A DNA stretch of 62,914 nt, counting the filler, from Bigelowiella natans CCMP2755 (lineage: Eukaryota; Protista; Cercozoa): assembly GCA_000320545.1 (NCBI GenBank). It is 8 parts of 8 records of this genome, joined end to end, with 100 filler letters (N's around TTAATTAATTAA, not from the genome) between each part and the next. Parts side by side here need not be neighbours in the genome. Positions count along the whole stretch, not along the records: positions 1 to 19,307 come from ADNK01003022.1; 7 more parts are not named here. One strand, given 5' to 3'. The translations under genes were made by a program, and so were the position numbers. Within the stretch, counting starts at the first letter, position 1. Each line of letters opens with the position of its first letter. Under the pieces are notes generated by a model. It did no database searches and was not told where the DNA came from. It saw only the letters and a list, made by a program, of their open reading frames with translations. Shown piece by piece: positions 1 through 13,689 of the stretch.

Positions 1-124
1 TTTCCGTACAAGAGGCAGTGGGGACAAAAACCAACTGTCTCTATGTATCTCTCTCTCTCTCTCTCTCTCGCACATATTCACAAACACACGAACAACACAC
101 ACACACACACACACACATGCATCC

Positions 125-162
<38 letters not shown>

Positions 163-213
163 CTGTGTGTGTGTGCGTGTGTTTGTGTTTGGTTTAACAA
201 TATGTCGTAATAA

Positions 214-433
214 TAATCCACAGGGAGAGGAATGTAGTCTGAACGCAGAGCAATCCGCAATAACCCCGGACAACGCATCATCCAGCAGTAGCAGCACTAC
301 GACTACTACTACCAGAAATCGCCAAGAAACAAAACAGCAGCAGCAGCAGCAAGCGTCTTCTTCCAACTCAGTAGACGTACACGTCGATGTTCCCAAGTCC
401 ATTGTAGCAGCGTGCAAGGTCCCACAATGAATA

Positions 434-477
<44 letters not shown>

Positions 478-1486
478 AATATACATTCTAGATTAGCAGT
501 GTCGGGTTTGTTGTGTTTGAGCAGCGGTCACCTTAGCTAGGGGTGGTAACCCTCCCCCCTTCCATACATAATGAATGCATGCATCATGCTGCTGCTGCTG
601 CTGCTGCTGATGCTTTGAAGAACATCATCATCAACTACCAAAACACTTCTTCGTGTTTTTCCTAATCAGACCGCCAATGCAGCTTCTTTCATCGAGAAAC
701 TACCAGAAGGGTAGCAGCAATAGCATTGTATGTCGTGCATTTGTTGTTGTTGTAGTGGTAGTTTCAGGGAGGGAGGGAGGGGGAAGGGAGGGGAGGAGGA
801 GAATTGACAAATGTCAGCCAATCAGAAGCATTTTGATGAAGAGAGTTTTAACATGTGACTCTGAACCCCCCCCTCCCCCCTTCCCTTCAGTTATCACACA
901 CAGCTTGGAGAAGGAGGGATCGAGCTGAGCGGGGGGCAGCAACAGGTAATTGTAATTTGAGCGGCAGTAGCATGCGAACTCCTCTTTTTTCCTTCGGGGG
1001 GGGGGGTGGGGAGGGAGGAGCGAAGTGAAGGAAGAGGAGGAGAAGGAGGATAAAGAGGGGGGGGAAGGAAGAAACGTAAGACTACAGAAAAGGAAGATGG
1101 TAAATATGAGCAAGAAGAACCGTGAGGGAGTATGAGAATTATCGATGATAAAGATTTGAATCAAGAATCTGATGATGGTAAGGGAGGGAGGGAGGAGGTG
1201 ACGATGTTCTCCCACGATGATAGTGCAGATTTACCATTGTCGTAGGAGAACTTAACCATTGGACTTTGGATCTTCCTCATCCCCATCATTTATTATAGCC
1301 GCCGCCATTTTCATTATCACTTACCCTGCGCTCATCGTTGATCTCCCCTCCCCCCTCCCATCCCTCCTTCACTTCCACCTCCACCTCCACCTCCACCTCC
1401 TCAGCGCATTGCAATTGCCCGCGCTATTGAGAAAAGACCTTCATTGCTGCTACTCGATGAGGTAGTAGATAGGAACATTCAATATA

Positions 1487-1538
<52 letters not shown>

Positions 1539-2707
1539 ATTACAGAGGTAGATACAACGATGATTAGAAATCATAAGTACATTTACTGAGGAAATTGGTT
1601 TGTTGTCGTTTGCTAGTGTTTTTATGCTTGTATTTAAGATATATAGAGCAGCATACACACCACCATCACCATCATCATCATCATCACCACCACCACCAAT
1701 ACTTCTAAAACTACCATCGTCAGGCCTTCGCAAATTTAGACGCATCTTCCGAAGCAAGTGTGCTCGGTGCCCTCGAGGCCCTTGTGGAGGCAAGGCCACA
1801 AACGGTGAGATAGCAGCAGCTTCACTACACCTTTTCCGAACAACAGAAAAGCAACAAGAGGCTACCACAGCGTTCACCTTGCCTCGTCGGTCTTCTGCTG
1901 TCATGCCAGAAATCGTTCTCGTCTTTTCGAGGAGGAGGGTGGGGTGGAGCGGGGCGGGGGGGGATGGAGCAAATTTGGTTTTTATGTCAGTGTATAGTTG
2001 TGCTTGAAAGTGTCTTCCTAAGTGACTTCTGACATCTTCTCTCATCGACTTACTTACTTACTTTCTAGGTAGTGACAGTTGCCCATCAGCTCTCCACAAT
2101 CGCTTGGTCAGAGACAATCATCTACATGGAACATGGGGTTAGCAATTTGTATTTGTAATTATTAAGTACTATCGTTGTCTTTGCGTCCCCCCTCCCCCCT
2201 CTCTTTCTTTCTCTCTTCCGGGTTGAATTGTTTTAAATCATGATGATCGCATCTATTTTGGGATGTTGTCGTCATCATCATCATCATCATCATCATCATC
2301 AACTGTATTGTGGTTCTCATTGTTGTTCTTATCATCAACTATATCTACTACTACTACTACTACTACTGCTACCAACGAGGGCAGATGGTATGCGAGGTTG
2401 GATCGCACTTGGATTTAATGAAGAAAGAAGGTTGTTCGAAACGCCATTATTCATATGAACGCTCCTTCCCCCCTCCCTCCATTGCTTTATGTGTAAGTAG
2501 GCATTGTATTGATATCAGTGTGATTCTAATAATACCTCGGTTAATAGTTGTCTGCTCTTTCCTCCTCCCTTCCCCTCCCCCCCCCTCCTTAGGAAAATAC
2601 TATGAGATGTACATGACTCAGAAGCACTCGGTATTGTTAATACAACAACTACTACTACTACTACTACTACTACTGTTGCTGCTGCTACAGCTTCCTCCAT
2701 TCTTCAC

Positions 2708-2758
<51 letters not shown>

Positions 2759-2920
2759 TGTGTGGCGGTGTAAGCTTATGTTCTGATATTTACCACTTAT
2801 AGTAATGATTTCCAAGGGAATCTCGTTCCCATATCAGAATATGTGCATAGGATAATATAATTCAAAATAAAGAAATATCTATATAACAAATATATGCCGC
2901 AAATACATTACAAATGAGAG

Positions 2921-2953
<33 letters not shown>

Positions 2954-3379
2954 CTTGAACAGGTGGCAGTTGCTGGTGGCACTGACGACGTCATCATAGA
3001 GGATAAAGAGGCCGACGCCATGGATGAGCTTGTAGTAAAAATGACCATCCTCACCATCATCATCATCATCAATATCCACACCGCCAACACCGTACTAATT
3101 ATTATCATCACTGTCTGCTCGTTTTGCAATATACTACTATCGTGCACACAGCCATTGCCAGAATTGAAGTTGTTACGAGCTATTACACTTCCTGTCCTCA
3201 GAAGGTAGTTCTGCTGCGGCTATTGCTGATAATCCAGCCAGCTAAAGAACCACACACACACACACACACACACATACACATACACATACACACCCATATC
3301 TAGATGTATGTTTCCGACTAATTACCATATTTTTTTGACCAGGCAACGAAGCGATGTACTTTCAGTTTCGGGAAATTGA
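214..3379 (+). CDS. ABC transporter subfamily B, C-terminal nucleotide-binding domain (5' part lies outside the window; multi-exon)
   Basis: Spliced exons read SIVAACK|TANAASFIEKLPEG|YHTQLGEGGIELSGGQQQ|RIAIARAIEKRPSLLLLDE|AFANLDASSEASVLGALEAL...|VVTVAHQLSTIAWSETIIYMEHG|MVCEVGSHLDLMKKEG|KYYEMY. This covers the ABC signature, Walker B, D-loop and H-loop in ABCB context, with GT-AG introns. Probable stop TGA 3377-3379. Confidence 0.9.
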
Positions 3380-3719
3380 GCAAGCTGACGATGGTAGTGA
3401 CGGCGACATAGGAGAAGGAGATGCATTAGTAGCGATAACTATAGGCTATTTGCTGTGGTGTATACGATTCCAATCATTTGCATACTCACAGCATGCAGAG
3501 AACGGAACAGGAGTGGTAGTAGCAGCAGCCGCCTATGTACGCTGTGGTTCATCACATTGTCTGTCGATCTCTCGCTTACCGGCGCGCGGACTACGATACG
3601 CGTTTCAGTGCCATCATCGTCCAGTGCAGTAATGTTTCGTGCAAGCTGTACTCGTGTGTCACAGAAACAATCTCAATGGTTCACGTACGTACTTCACAGT
3701 GACTTATTTTTCATTTATT

Positions 3720-4320
3720 AATCATTGATCGATGCATGCCCGAATGGATGGCAGATGCTATACCTGCTACCTGCCAAAAACTGCATCGAGCAGCTAAAAG
3801 CAAGCTAGCAAGGCCACTACAGCGCTCTAAGCAGCATCTTCATTACATCTAGCTGCTATGACGCGCCATATCGTCTACATGGCAATGTGACAATCTAGCA
3901 ATGTGCATGTAGATGAGCTGACAATGTGTAAACCCAATAATGACCAAGTTGCTAGTTAGAATCAGATGCGATCCAAGATGGCGCCATGCATGCTAGCATG
4001 CACATCTATGGTGACATTCACACGCACGCATGCGTGTTTCAAGAGTTTGCTGCTGTGATATGATGAATAAAAGGATGCGTGCATGCACACGTGCTAGCGT
4101 GCTCTGGCTTGCTAGCTTGCATTTTTTTATGGTCATCCCAATGTGGCTGCTCCAAGCTAGCAAGCGGCGACTATACAGCGCCAAGATTGTGTTCATTTTT
4201 GTGTGTGCCTCACTAGCTCATGCAAGGCAAGCAGCTAGGCTAGTAGGTAGCCTAGCTCAGATTTTCCATTGCTGTGCATGGCTAGATGGCATTGCCCGAA
4301 TCTTCTTGATCGTGGATTAC
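3720..4320. repeat. Degenerate TG/CA- and CTAG-rich intergenic tract (eroded repeat)
   Basis: Dense GCATGC/TGCA/CTAG words between the convergent 3' ends of the ABCB and Amun-like genes; no recognisable protein. Confidence 0.5.
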
Positions 4321-4344
4321 CACAATGAACCTTCGTCGTGCTCA

Positions 4345-6404
4345 TCAATCAGTAGCTTTCCGCCTCAAACTTCGTCGTGCTGTTTTCGTAGTGTTCCTTC
4401 TCCGTTTAGTTGCAGCGTTTTTCCCATCCCCATTTTCTTTCTCCAAGGCATTGCCTTTGTCGACATCTGTAACGTCTGCAGCACAGCAAAGGGAGCAGCT
4501 TCTCAGAGCAATATGGATCTAGCATCATTTATTAGCATCATCAATTCAACCCGTCGCAGACTTCATACCGTCACTCTCCTCGTCCTCCAAGTGGGCCTCT
4601 GCCCATAAAGCTCTGCCTGTCACCATGGGGACAGGGGTAAACTTTATTGACTCTCACCATGTTTGTGTTAAGTGGAAAGTAAATACAATAAGTTGCACAT
4701 GATCGTTATTTTGCTAGCAATGTTATCGTTGCATTTGGATTGTCCTGATTCCTGACCTATGAGCTCAGCACTCCAACTGGATCCAAGTACCTGCTCAACC
4801 AGTGAATAGAGTTTTCTTCACAAATGACTATTTCTGGCTTTCAACTTAGAGGTTGCGTATGCGTCACTGATGCAACGACTTAATGTGCACACGATAGACT
4901 ACTACCAAACATCTAAGAGCTACACGGAAATTCGCTAATATCATATCCTGAAATCTACTTTGACACGACGAGATGTGGCATTTTCGTGTTGTTGGAGAGT
5001 CAACGAATCAGAGATTTCACCTCGCAACATTGTAACGCTGAAAACGGCTATAGCTTATTCGATACAGTCTGCATACGTGTATGCATACATGAATGCATGT
5101 GTGTACAGCACCTTAGCTTTGTTGTTCATGGAATCTGCAAACTTAAGGTAGTGTCCAAGGCTATATTTCCTTTCTCCTAATCTGTATTGAACGTAAGTTA
5201 AAGCAGTGAGGAGAACAGAGAGAGCATCGATGGTTGTTGGTTGCAAGAGGCTTTGCCGATATTCTTAGATGCACTGCAAGGAAAGCGAAGAAAAAATGGA
5301 ATTCTTTGCATGCTGAGTGTCCTCGCAAGAAAAGAGCTCGATATGACGGACCTTGGATCTGCTTCCATAGCTTCATCGGCCATGAATGGGGCCTGCTTTG
5401 GCCAGCGGCACGCTAAAATTGCGCTGTATATTCAACGAAATGAGAACATAAAAAGCAACGTGTTCCACGTTATCAGCCGCACATATCGTACAACTTCTTT
5501 CCATAATATAAAGCACGCTTTGAACAACTCGACTCGCGAAGTCTCCCACCTTGCGGTTGCTGCGCCAACACCAGAGAGCTCGCATAAGCTTTTAATGGCC
5601 TTTTAGAAATGGAGAAGGGGAAGAAATCAGAACGTGGGATAATTCGCTTGCAGCTGGGACGCATCAGTTCCTCTCTAAATTGCTGATACAGACCCCCTTA
5701 AGATCTTGGTTTTCCATCCGTGAGAAAGCTTCAGCGCTATGTTTTGCGATTGATTCCTAATATTCCCGTGGAGGATCATATTAAGGCCATTTGAGTTGAT
5801 GTGGATGGAGGTGACATGCATGCTGTCATGGGAGTGGCGACAGCGTGGGCATTAGGAGCAAGCGGGGGACAATGAGGGAAAGGGTGAGAACAAGAGTGGT
5901 CGCAGCAGGCCAATGTTACTTGCGTATTTCTCCGGATAAGGGCCGGCAATGTCGGCCTGAATTTTCCTCGGGCAAGTTTCCATCTCATAACGCGTTCCAG
6001 CTGCAATGGCGACATAATTCAAACCAATAATATCGATGTTCCTCACTCTGTTGGTGGCATTGATGAGGAAAATGATGGCAAAGGAGAGGGAGGATAGAAA
6101 GCACTATTTAGTACATCTGGCTTGGCGATCTTCCTATCATTGGCAATGATTTTTGGTAGCCTTTCCCGCCACCACTCGTCATCTTTGACCAAATTAGCTG
6201 CATGTTTCGAAGTCTTCTGTCCCTGCGCCCGCTGTTTCACTGCTTTTATGTAGCTCTGCAACGCGTTGTTCCATCTCTCTGAGGGGACAGCGAAGGACAA
6301 TGAGTTCAGAAATACTCGCAGATACAAGCACTGTCGACTATATCACCCTGATCCTCGTTCTTGAAGAGCTTACGCGCTTTCGGCGTGCCCTTGCGCAAAA
6401 CCAT
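4345..6404 (-). CDS. Amun-like helix-hairpin-helix DNA glycosylase-fold nuclear protein (multi-exon)
   Basis: Exons: MVLRKGTPKA|QRWNNALQSY...KDDEWWRERLPKII...|LERVMRWKLARGKFRPTLPALIRRN|...KAIKSLCELSGVGAATAS (HhH)|AILACRWPKQAPFMADEAMEADP|LGERKYSLGHYLKFADSM|VLGSSWSAELIG|RALWAEAH...|basic tail KRRRNTTKTARRSLRRKATD*. WKL.RGKFRP, GVG.ATAS and PFM.DEA are typical of the Amun family. Confidence 0.82.
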
Positions 6405-6998
6405 AGTCCCAAGGAGAAAGGCTAGCAATAGCAAGAGCGCCTCTGCAAACAGAGCATTGGATGAATACTTCAAACGTATATTTTCTGCGTAGACTAGTGA
6501 GTCAAGTGTCCCCCACGGGAAGGGTTGGGGCAGAGATAGATGAGGCAGCGAACTTACTAATGGTTGTGTGGCGGGAAGGGTTATCGGCAGGAGGAATTAA
6601 TAACAGGATGTGCATCGAGACTGCACCAAACCATCAGATTTTAGCACTACGTCCCATTTGTTTCGTTGACGCAGGAAGAAGACATCCTACATCTTGTTAA
6701 TCGTAGTAGATTCTCTGAATCCAGTGAGTTTGATATCTGCTCGGTGCTCGGCATGCTCCGGCTTACAGCGTCCTGTAGGAATCATTTAGGAAAGAAATCG
6801 ACGAGAATATATCCAACAATTGATCATTTTCCCCCAATAGCAGTCCTTAAGGTCTTGCTGCTTTGGGACGAATTATATACATAAAAGATAAATTTAGATA
6901 TATATTCGATGAATTATATTCTCGATGCGGCAAATAGCCTTCCAAAGCCAATTTCCGAGCGCTGTGTGCTCCTCCCGGCGCATTCGTTTGAGTTACGC

Positions 6999-9050
6999 AT
7001 GCGGAGGGTGCTGAGGCGCCCCCGCCCCTGGCGTCCCCCCATTAAACCGCGAATATTCTTTTCCACTCTTTCGCCAGACCCGGACCAGATTGTCCCCGTG
7101 ACGATTTTGAACGGCTTTTCGGGAGCCGGAAAGACAACTCTCCTGAGCGAGATTTTGAATGATGACAGTCACGGCCAGAGGGTAGCTGCAATCGTCAACA
7201 GCACGGCTGAGGTGAGGATCGATAATGACCCCATACGCAGAACCACTCCAAATAACGGCGCAGAAGGTGGGTGTACTTCGCCGATTCGAAGCTGATGATT
7301 TGCACAACATGCGTTGTTAACACTCATTGTGATCACTTCAGGGCAGCTAGTGGAGCTTTCGAACGGCTGCCTCTGCTGCCTCCTACGAAAGGATGCTGTT
7401 GGTAATATATCAGAAATGGCAAAAAAGGGAAGCATCGATCACATTTTGGTGGAAAGCACGGGCGTGTCCGAACCCGTGGCAGCCTCTCCTGCGTTTTCGT
7501 CAGAAGCCTATCCCCTCATCAACGCCGTGCGGCCATCTCGTTCAGACTCATCCAACCGTCTTGCCGATGCGACAGAGTTAGAACCTTTGGATTCCATCGT
7601 CCGCATCGATCGGCTCGTTACGGTGTACGATTGCTCTACATTCCTTTCAACACTGAAATCGGTTGAGGACGCAAAGGTTTTGCTAGGAGAAGAGGACGAC
7701 GATGCGCCAGCTTCAGCAAGCACGGAGGATGGCGGAGAGGAATTCCGTCCTCTGGGACGTCTAATGCTTGACCAGTGTCAGTTCTCAAATGTCATCATTC
7801 TCAACAAGGCCGATCTGGTCGAAGAGGCTCAAATAGAGTTGATTCAGGCCGTGATACGTGAAGTAAATCCTGCGGCGATCATCAGAATCTCGTCGGGACA
7901 ACCCAAAACAGACGTCTGGGCAATGCTAGACGATGAAGAGGAGAAGAAAGGGCAATTCGATGACGATGAGGAGGAGGATAGTAGGAGAGTGCCATCCTGG
8001 GCTGAAGAGCTAGATATGAGCCATAATCCGAACACCGAGGTAGTACTAATGTGTTATTAGATTAACTAGGAGTAGAAGGAAGCTTACTTTTACCGCAACC
8101 ATGAAGCAAAAGCCGTAGAATGAACTCAAGTAGTAGTCATAGTGGTATTAGCAGTGCAGTAGTAGCTGTAGAATTGGTGAGAATCCCTGAATTACCGAAT
8201 CATTATAGAATTTACTTCCAACAACATCGAGTCGAGTGAAGATTGAATGTATATTGCAGGCGTATGGTATTCGGCACTATAGCATCCAGCGACTAGCCAG
8301 GCCCTTCCATCCAGAGCGGTGGCATTCTGTAATCAGTGACTCCTCCAACTTCAAAGGAGTCGTGTGTGGGAGGGGCTGCTTTTGGGTATCCTCCCAGCCT
8401 AACGATAGGTGGTATTGATGATAATAGGTATTATCCGCATGGTTTTCTTACTGCAACGATGCATGTGGTTATACAGTTCCCTACTGCGTAGCCATGGCAC
8501 GTGATCAAAGTCTACTAGATGTTTTTTATTTTTGGCTGTGCAACCAATCTTTGCGTTTCTCCACCCGAATAACGTTTCTATCTGCCCGTCTTTTCCACCC
8601 CCCTCCCAGAATTGACTTCTCACTCGCTGGAAGGACCTTGACGATGATCAAGAACACAGTGTGGATTGAAGTGGGAATCCGTCTCATGCTAGACCCCTCC
8701 TTTCAATTTATGAACGAAAGTGATTTCACGGGAAAAGAAGGAGGAGGCGGCCAAGAGCAGGCGAAGAAAGATCTGCTGCGCCAAATGACACGCTACGCCA
8801 TGTATGATTTCCGTGTGCTGTAAAAATCACGTTTTCCCTGTTGCTAGCGCAGAATCTCCTCTCCCCCCCCAGTCTATATCGGTCTGATGTGCTTTGTATG
8901 ATCACTCACATGTTCTCTACCATCACCTTCCCCCCCCCCCTCGTTTCTCGAAAGATCGTTCCAAGAGAAGGGTTTGTGGGATGAAAGAACGCATGATAGG
9001 AGAGTCGAGCTGATGTTCATAGGCGACCAAGTCGAGCATTATTATAATTC

Positions 9051-9093
<43 letters not shown>

Positions 9094-9110
9094 TATATAA
9101 TAAGTATTTA

Positions 9111-9149
<39 letters not shown>

Positions 9150-9267
9150 AATGAATACCTCAAAAGCAATCAATAGACTGTGTTGCGATGATGTTCGTGG
9201 CCAAAGAAACTTTCATCATTTTCCACGTTTTTCCGTATTCTCAGCCCCCTCGTTCTTTTACTCTTAC

Positions 9268-9309
<42 letters not shown>

Positions 9310-9473
9310 GATCTACAATTTGCTTGTAGACCATGGATACAGACACAATTGCATCAGCGCTCGAGTACTCCTTTCTTACGGATGAAGAGTTTGATGCTTT
9401 CATGAGTGGCAAAGATTTCGTATCCTGTATAGATCCTTTTTCCTCTATTCCAAGTCGCATCAATTTGTCGTAG
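6999..9473 (+). CDS. cobW: COG0523/CobW-family G3E P-loop GTPase metallochaperone with Arg-rich N-terminal presequence (multi-exon)
   Basis: VPVTILNGFSGAGKTTLL (Walker A), VELSNGCLCC, ILVESTGVSEP, DQCQFSNVIILNKADLV; CobW_C domain YGI...RPFHPERW...GRGCFWV...WDERTHDRRVELMFIG. Stop TAG 9471-9473. Confidence 0.93.
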
Positions 9474-10240
9474 CATCATGATCAAAGCATATCTACAGCC
9501 ACCAGTCGTGTCCGCTAAGAATCTAGATTATCCTTTACAAACACTCTGGATATTTACAGCGACTATAAGCTAGTAAGCGAATAGATTGTAATGTTGCACT
9601 TTTTGCGAGTGAGGCATGAAGCATCCTCACGCTCATCATGATAATCAATAGAATTACGTAGCTATTAATATGTATATGTACCTTGCATGCCATGTATGTG
9701 TATCTGCATGGATTAAGGAGGCGGCTATACGGCACATCCATGCACGCGCGGTCAACGCTGCCAAATACAATGTTTAGTGAGGAACCAGCGGTACAACAAC
9801 AGCCGGTATTAGTAACTTGGTGCACTTTTGTAAAGCAGAACGCATAAGGCATATATTGTGGTGGCTGTACGCGCGCAATTTAGAACCTTTTACGTCCATG
9901 TGAATAAGCTTCCCCTAGCTAGTGTACATGCAAGCTCTATTCAGTGTGGTGGTAGGGTGCTATTACGACAAACACAATCTATGATAGCAGCGAGGCTGCA
10001 AACTGCTCATCTAATGCATGCTATGCGAGTAACATTGCTTGCCTTTTTGTGTACGAACGTCTCTGATCATTGCAGACTGGAAATACTTCTAAATTGACCG
10101 ACTAGTGCCGTGCATGCGAGCTTTGCGCTCCGACTTAGCATGCATCGGTGACTTTTGCGTCTATAACCTCTCAGAGCGCATTAGCTCCCTACTCGGAAAG
10201 TGTCGTTCATAATTGCGACTTTTCTATTCCGCACGAGGTG

Positions 10241-12174
10241 TTACAGCAACCTTGCCCGAATCCACTCGAAGCATGCTATCGATATGGCGGTGCTGACAAC
10301 ACCCAACCCAGGTGTTCAAAATACAGGTGAGCACTGCGGATGATACACAAATAAATTAGAATGCCACCTTGGCGCTTGAAAGAGAACGCGTGCTCCTGCT
10401 CCACGAAAGAGACCGAATATCTGAATGCAAGAAAAAATTAAGTCGCGGAACAAAGCCATGCATGCTTTTCCAGGTTTCACAACCCCAACAACTCCCAATA
10501 GTATATCACAAGGGTATTACGTTTGGCGACACTACTCCTCCATCGTAAAGAGAAATTGCAACCAAAACAGATATCCCACATCTTCATTTTACCACGAGTA
10601 TTTTCACGAACAAGCTCTAAAAGCATGCATATAGTTTGTTTATTTGTAGCACCACACCCACCCCCTCTTCAGTGTAGATTGAGATGAGTCCATGCCAGAA
10701 TCCACTGGCGAGGGAGAGGGGGGTGGGAAATAATATACACAATAGCAATAGCACCACAACCACATCGATCGTTACGACATACAAGGCGTAAAACAAAGTC
10801 AGGTCAAGGTAATCCGTCCCTGACAATAAGGGGTAAAGCATGCAGCTCATCGACGACGTAGCAGCACAGAGTAATCAAATAGAAGTAACGATATACTATT
10901 TATATGATTACAACGAAAACACGGAGGTAGGCTCTGTGGCCATATCGTTCGCTACAAAGCCTCGTTTATCAGTATTTCCACTGTAATAATAATATATTCC
11001 CCACACATCATAGGGGGAAAAAACGAATTTTGCGGGGCTCGGGGTTGCTATTGATGATTATCTATTGCATCTGATCGTAAGTCAGGAAAAAGGTAGAGGC
11101 CATGGGAGGTGGCGAAAGACGATATTTTCAGGGTTTGCAGACCGGTAATAAAACAGTGGCGGGGTATTGCCACTTGCTGCTTGCATCGATCGTTGTACCT
11201 TTAGAATATTGCTTATTTTGATATTATACATGGAAACATTAAATAGTATATGTATAAACATATTTACATGTATATATGAGGGGAGAGTTTTGATTTGCCC
11301 ATCTATACGTAGCAGGTGACCGACCTGCAAGCGCAGCTTTGCCTTATCTAATGGGTTCGTTGTCCATGCGGCAATGGATCCAGCAGATGCCCCCACTCCC
11401 ATGAACATCACAAAGGGAATATCTACAGGATTATCATATATCATGATGTGTGTTTGATATGTGATTGATGACGATAGTAAAATCCCTGTGCCCCCCCCCC
11501 CGCCTCTCTTCGTCTCCTTGAAGGGCTTGGTTTCATCGAATTAGAATGACCCTTGTCTGATTTAATTCCAAAGTGCCCCTTTGCCAACACCTTCAGCTCT
11601 TCATTAAGCATTAGAAAAAGGCCAGAAAACGGGCTGTTCATGATAAAACAACCCCATTACTCATGGCGGTCGCTCGTGGCAGCACCCAGCAAAAACGAAA
11701 TATGTAATAGTTCTAAGCTGAAAATAGTTATGTCCTCTAGCCATTGATCTGTGAGGAGGATGCGCTTGCTTGTATCATCATCATCATTATCGTCGTCGTT
11801 GTCATCATTTTCACATCAATGAAGGGGAAGATACACAGCAGCTAGCTGCTCATGAATCAAGCTGAGCAAACACCCGAAGGAGAGAATGGTCGCCCAATAG
11901 CCTTTGTACACGCCTCTTAAGCCTAGAATGAGGAGGATGAGGAGGAGGAAAAGTACAAATATGAAGGATTATTATAATATGCTAATATAAGTAGAATAGC
12001 GGAAATGTTCCTCCTCCTCCTCCTCCTCCTCCTCCTCCTCTCGTTGCAACTGTTGTTGGATTCTTCACTCACTGTACAGACATCGTACCTTCAGATTTAT
12101 ATATTGTTACGAGAGCATCTAAGTTGCCTCTGTATGTGCTCTTCAGATCAGATTGAACCTTAGAGGAAAGTGGA

Positions 12175-12218
<44 letters not shown>

Positions 12219-13436
12219 AGATGGGGAATGGGGAGCGAGAGAAAGTGAAGTGAGCACAATCTAAACAACTAATCAAATAGGGCGAGGATTCTGCACCGTT
12301 GATCCTAATATTTTAAAAACGAGACTGCTCCTTTGAAGATGAGTGGGCGTGATAGCTTCGATGCAAGCAAGATGCACGCACGTCATCACCACAACCGCAT
12401 TAATGCCCCACAACAACATCAACTACCACTACTACTCCTACAACTACTACTTGTAATCGTTCCTTGACTACATCGATCGGAACCCACAGAACACAACTGA
12501 CCATTTCGGCAAGTACCTGCAAGAACATAACAGCAAAGATGAGGAGATAAAAGTGTTGCATCTACTTGATACAAGTACTGACAAAGTGCAATATTCAACA
12601 CATGCATGCAACATACACGTATTTTAAAAAAAAGGATTCCCGCTCTGGTAAAATACGCATGTAGGTGTTCATTCATTATATGCGTGTGCGTATGCATAAC
12701 CCCGCTGCAGAAGTGGGTCATAGAAGGGGCCTTCTGCAATACTTCGGACTTGAACATGATCTTTTTGGATGCCTGGTGATAGAGGAAAGCAGAGTGAAAG
12801 GAAGAACTCTGGGGCTCGCGGGGAGCATAACGGGAAAGTAAAGGAAGGATGGTCAATGGGAAAACCTCATAGGAGGTCCAGTAGATACAACTTGCAGGTG
12901 CAGAGCCTAAACAAACCAAACACACACCCACACACACACACACACCACGTAAACAGTAAACGATTCTAATAAATATTGTCGAAAATAAAGAATGGTTGAC
13001 CAAAGAAAGCTGTTGGGAATCCAGCGTAAAACGCGGAGATTCCGCCTGTCCGGAAGGTCTTCCTCGTGACCTCGAGCAAGCTGCTGTATTGACCTGTTGC
13101 GTTGAGGACACTCACACCATGCAGAGCGGATTCACCATGATTATAATAACACACCTTTCACTTGAACCTGCAGTTTTGCTTTAATAGTGTCGATAGGATG
13201 CATTGGAATTCGTGCCACCTGTTGTTGCCAAAAAGACTTTCATCTTCCGAGGATAAAATCACTCTCATGACCATCGCATATAACTGCATTAAATGACCAT
13301 TCCAGAAACAGTGCTGGCCGCCATCGTCTTCCACAACTGTTTATCGACGTAATATAAATTCAATGGGATCATGGGGGTTCAGGGGTTTAACGTCGGGTAC
13401 CGGTGTGGGCACGGCCTTCTCCTTTCCGTCCGCCAT
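10241..13436 (-). CDS. Mitochondrial carrier family (SLC25) protein (multi-exon)
   Basis: Three carrier repeats: HPIDTIKAKLQ, VPIDVVKERLQ, NPLDKAKLRLQ, followed by GISAFYAG, EG-LRGVYKG and EG-IFGLFRG. Start MADGKEKAVPTP at 13436; ends IACFEWIRARLL*. Confidence 0.93.
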
Positions 13437-13689
13437 TTTGGCAATCTGTCCTACGAAATAAATCCCGAAAGTAGCTCCGGATTTAACTGTGATTTTCGAT
13501 GTGCGACAAGTCGATTAACTGTGATATTCGACATGCGACAAGTCGATAGCCACGTCGCAGTGTTTAAATTGCTCTCAGGTAGTCGGTGATGATACCATTC
13601 AAATGCAATCAGCGGAAAGCTTTGCTCCACAAAGACGTCTTTCACGTTTTGTCAATGTCAGCGTGATCACGAAAGGACCAAAATTGATT

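Noticed and set aside
1479-2045. 188-aa minus ORF and overlapping 135-aa plus ORF
   Set aside because: They overlap an ABCB exon (AFANLDASSE...) read in another frame plus intronic microsatellites; shadow ORFs.
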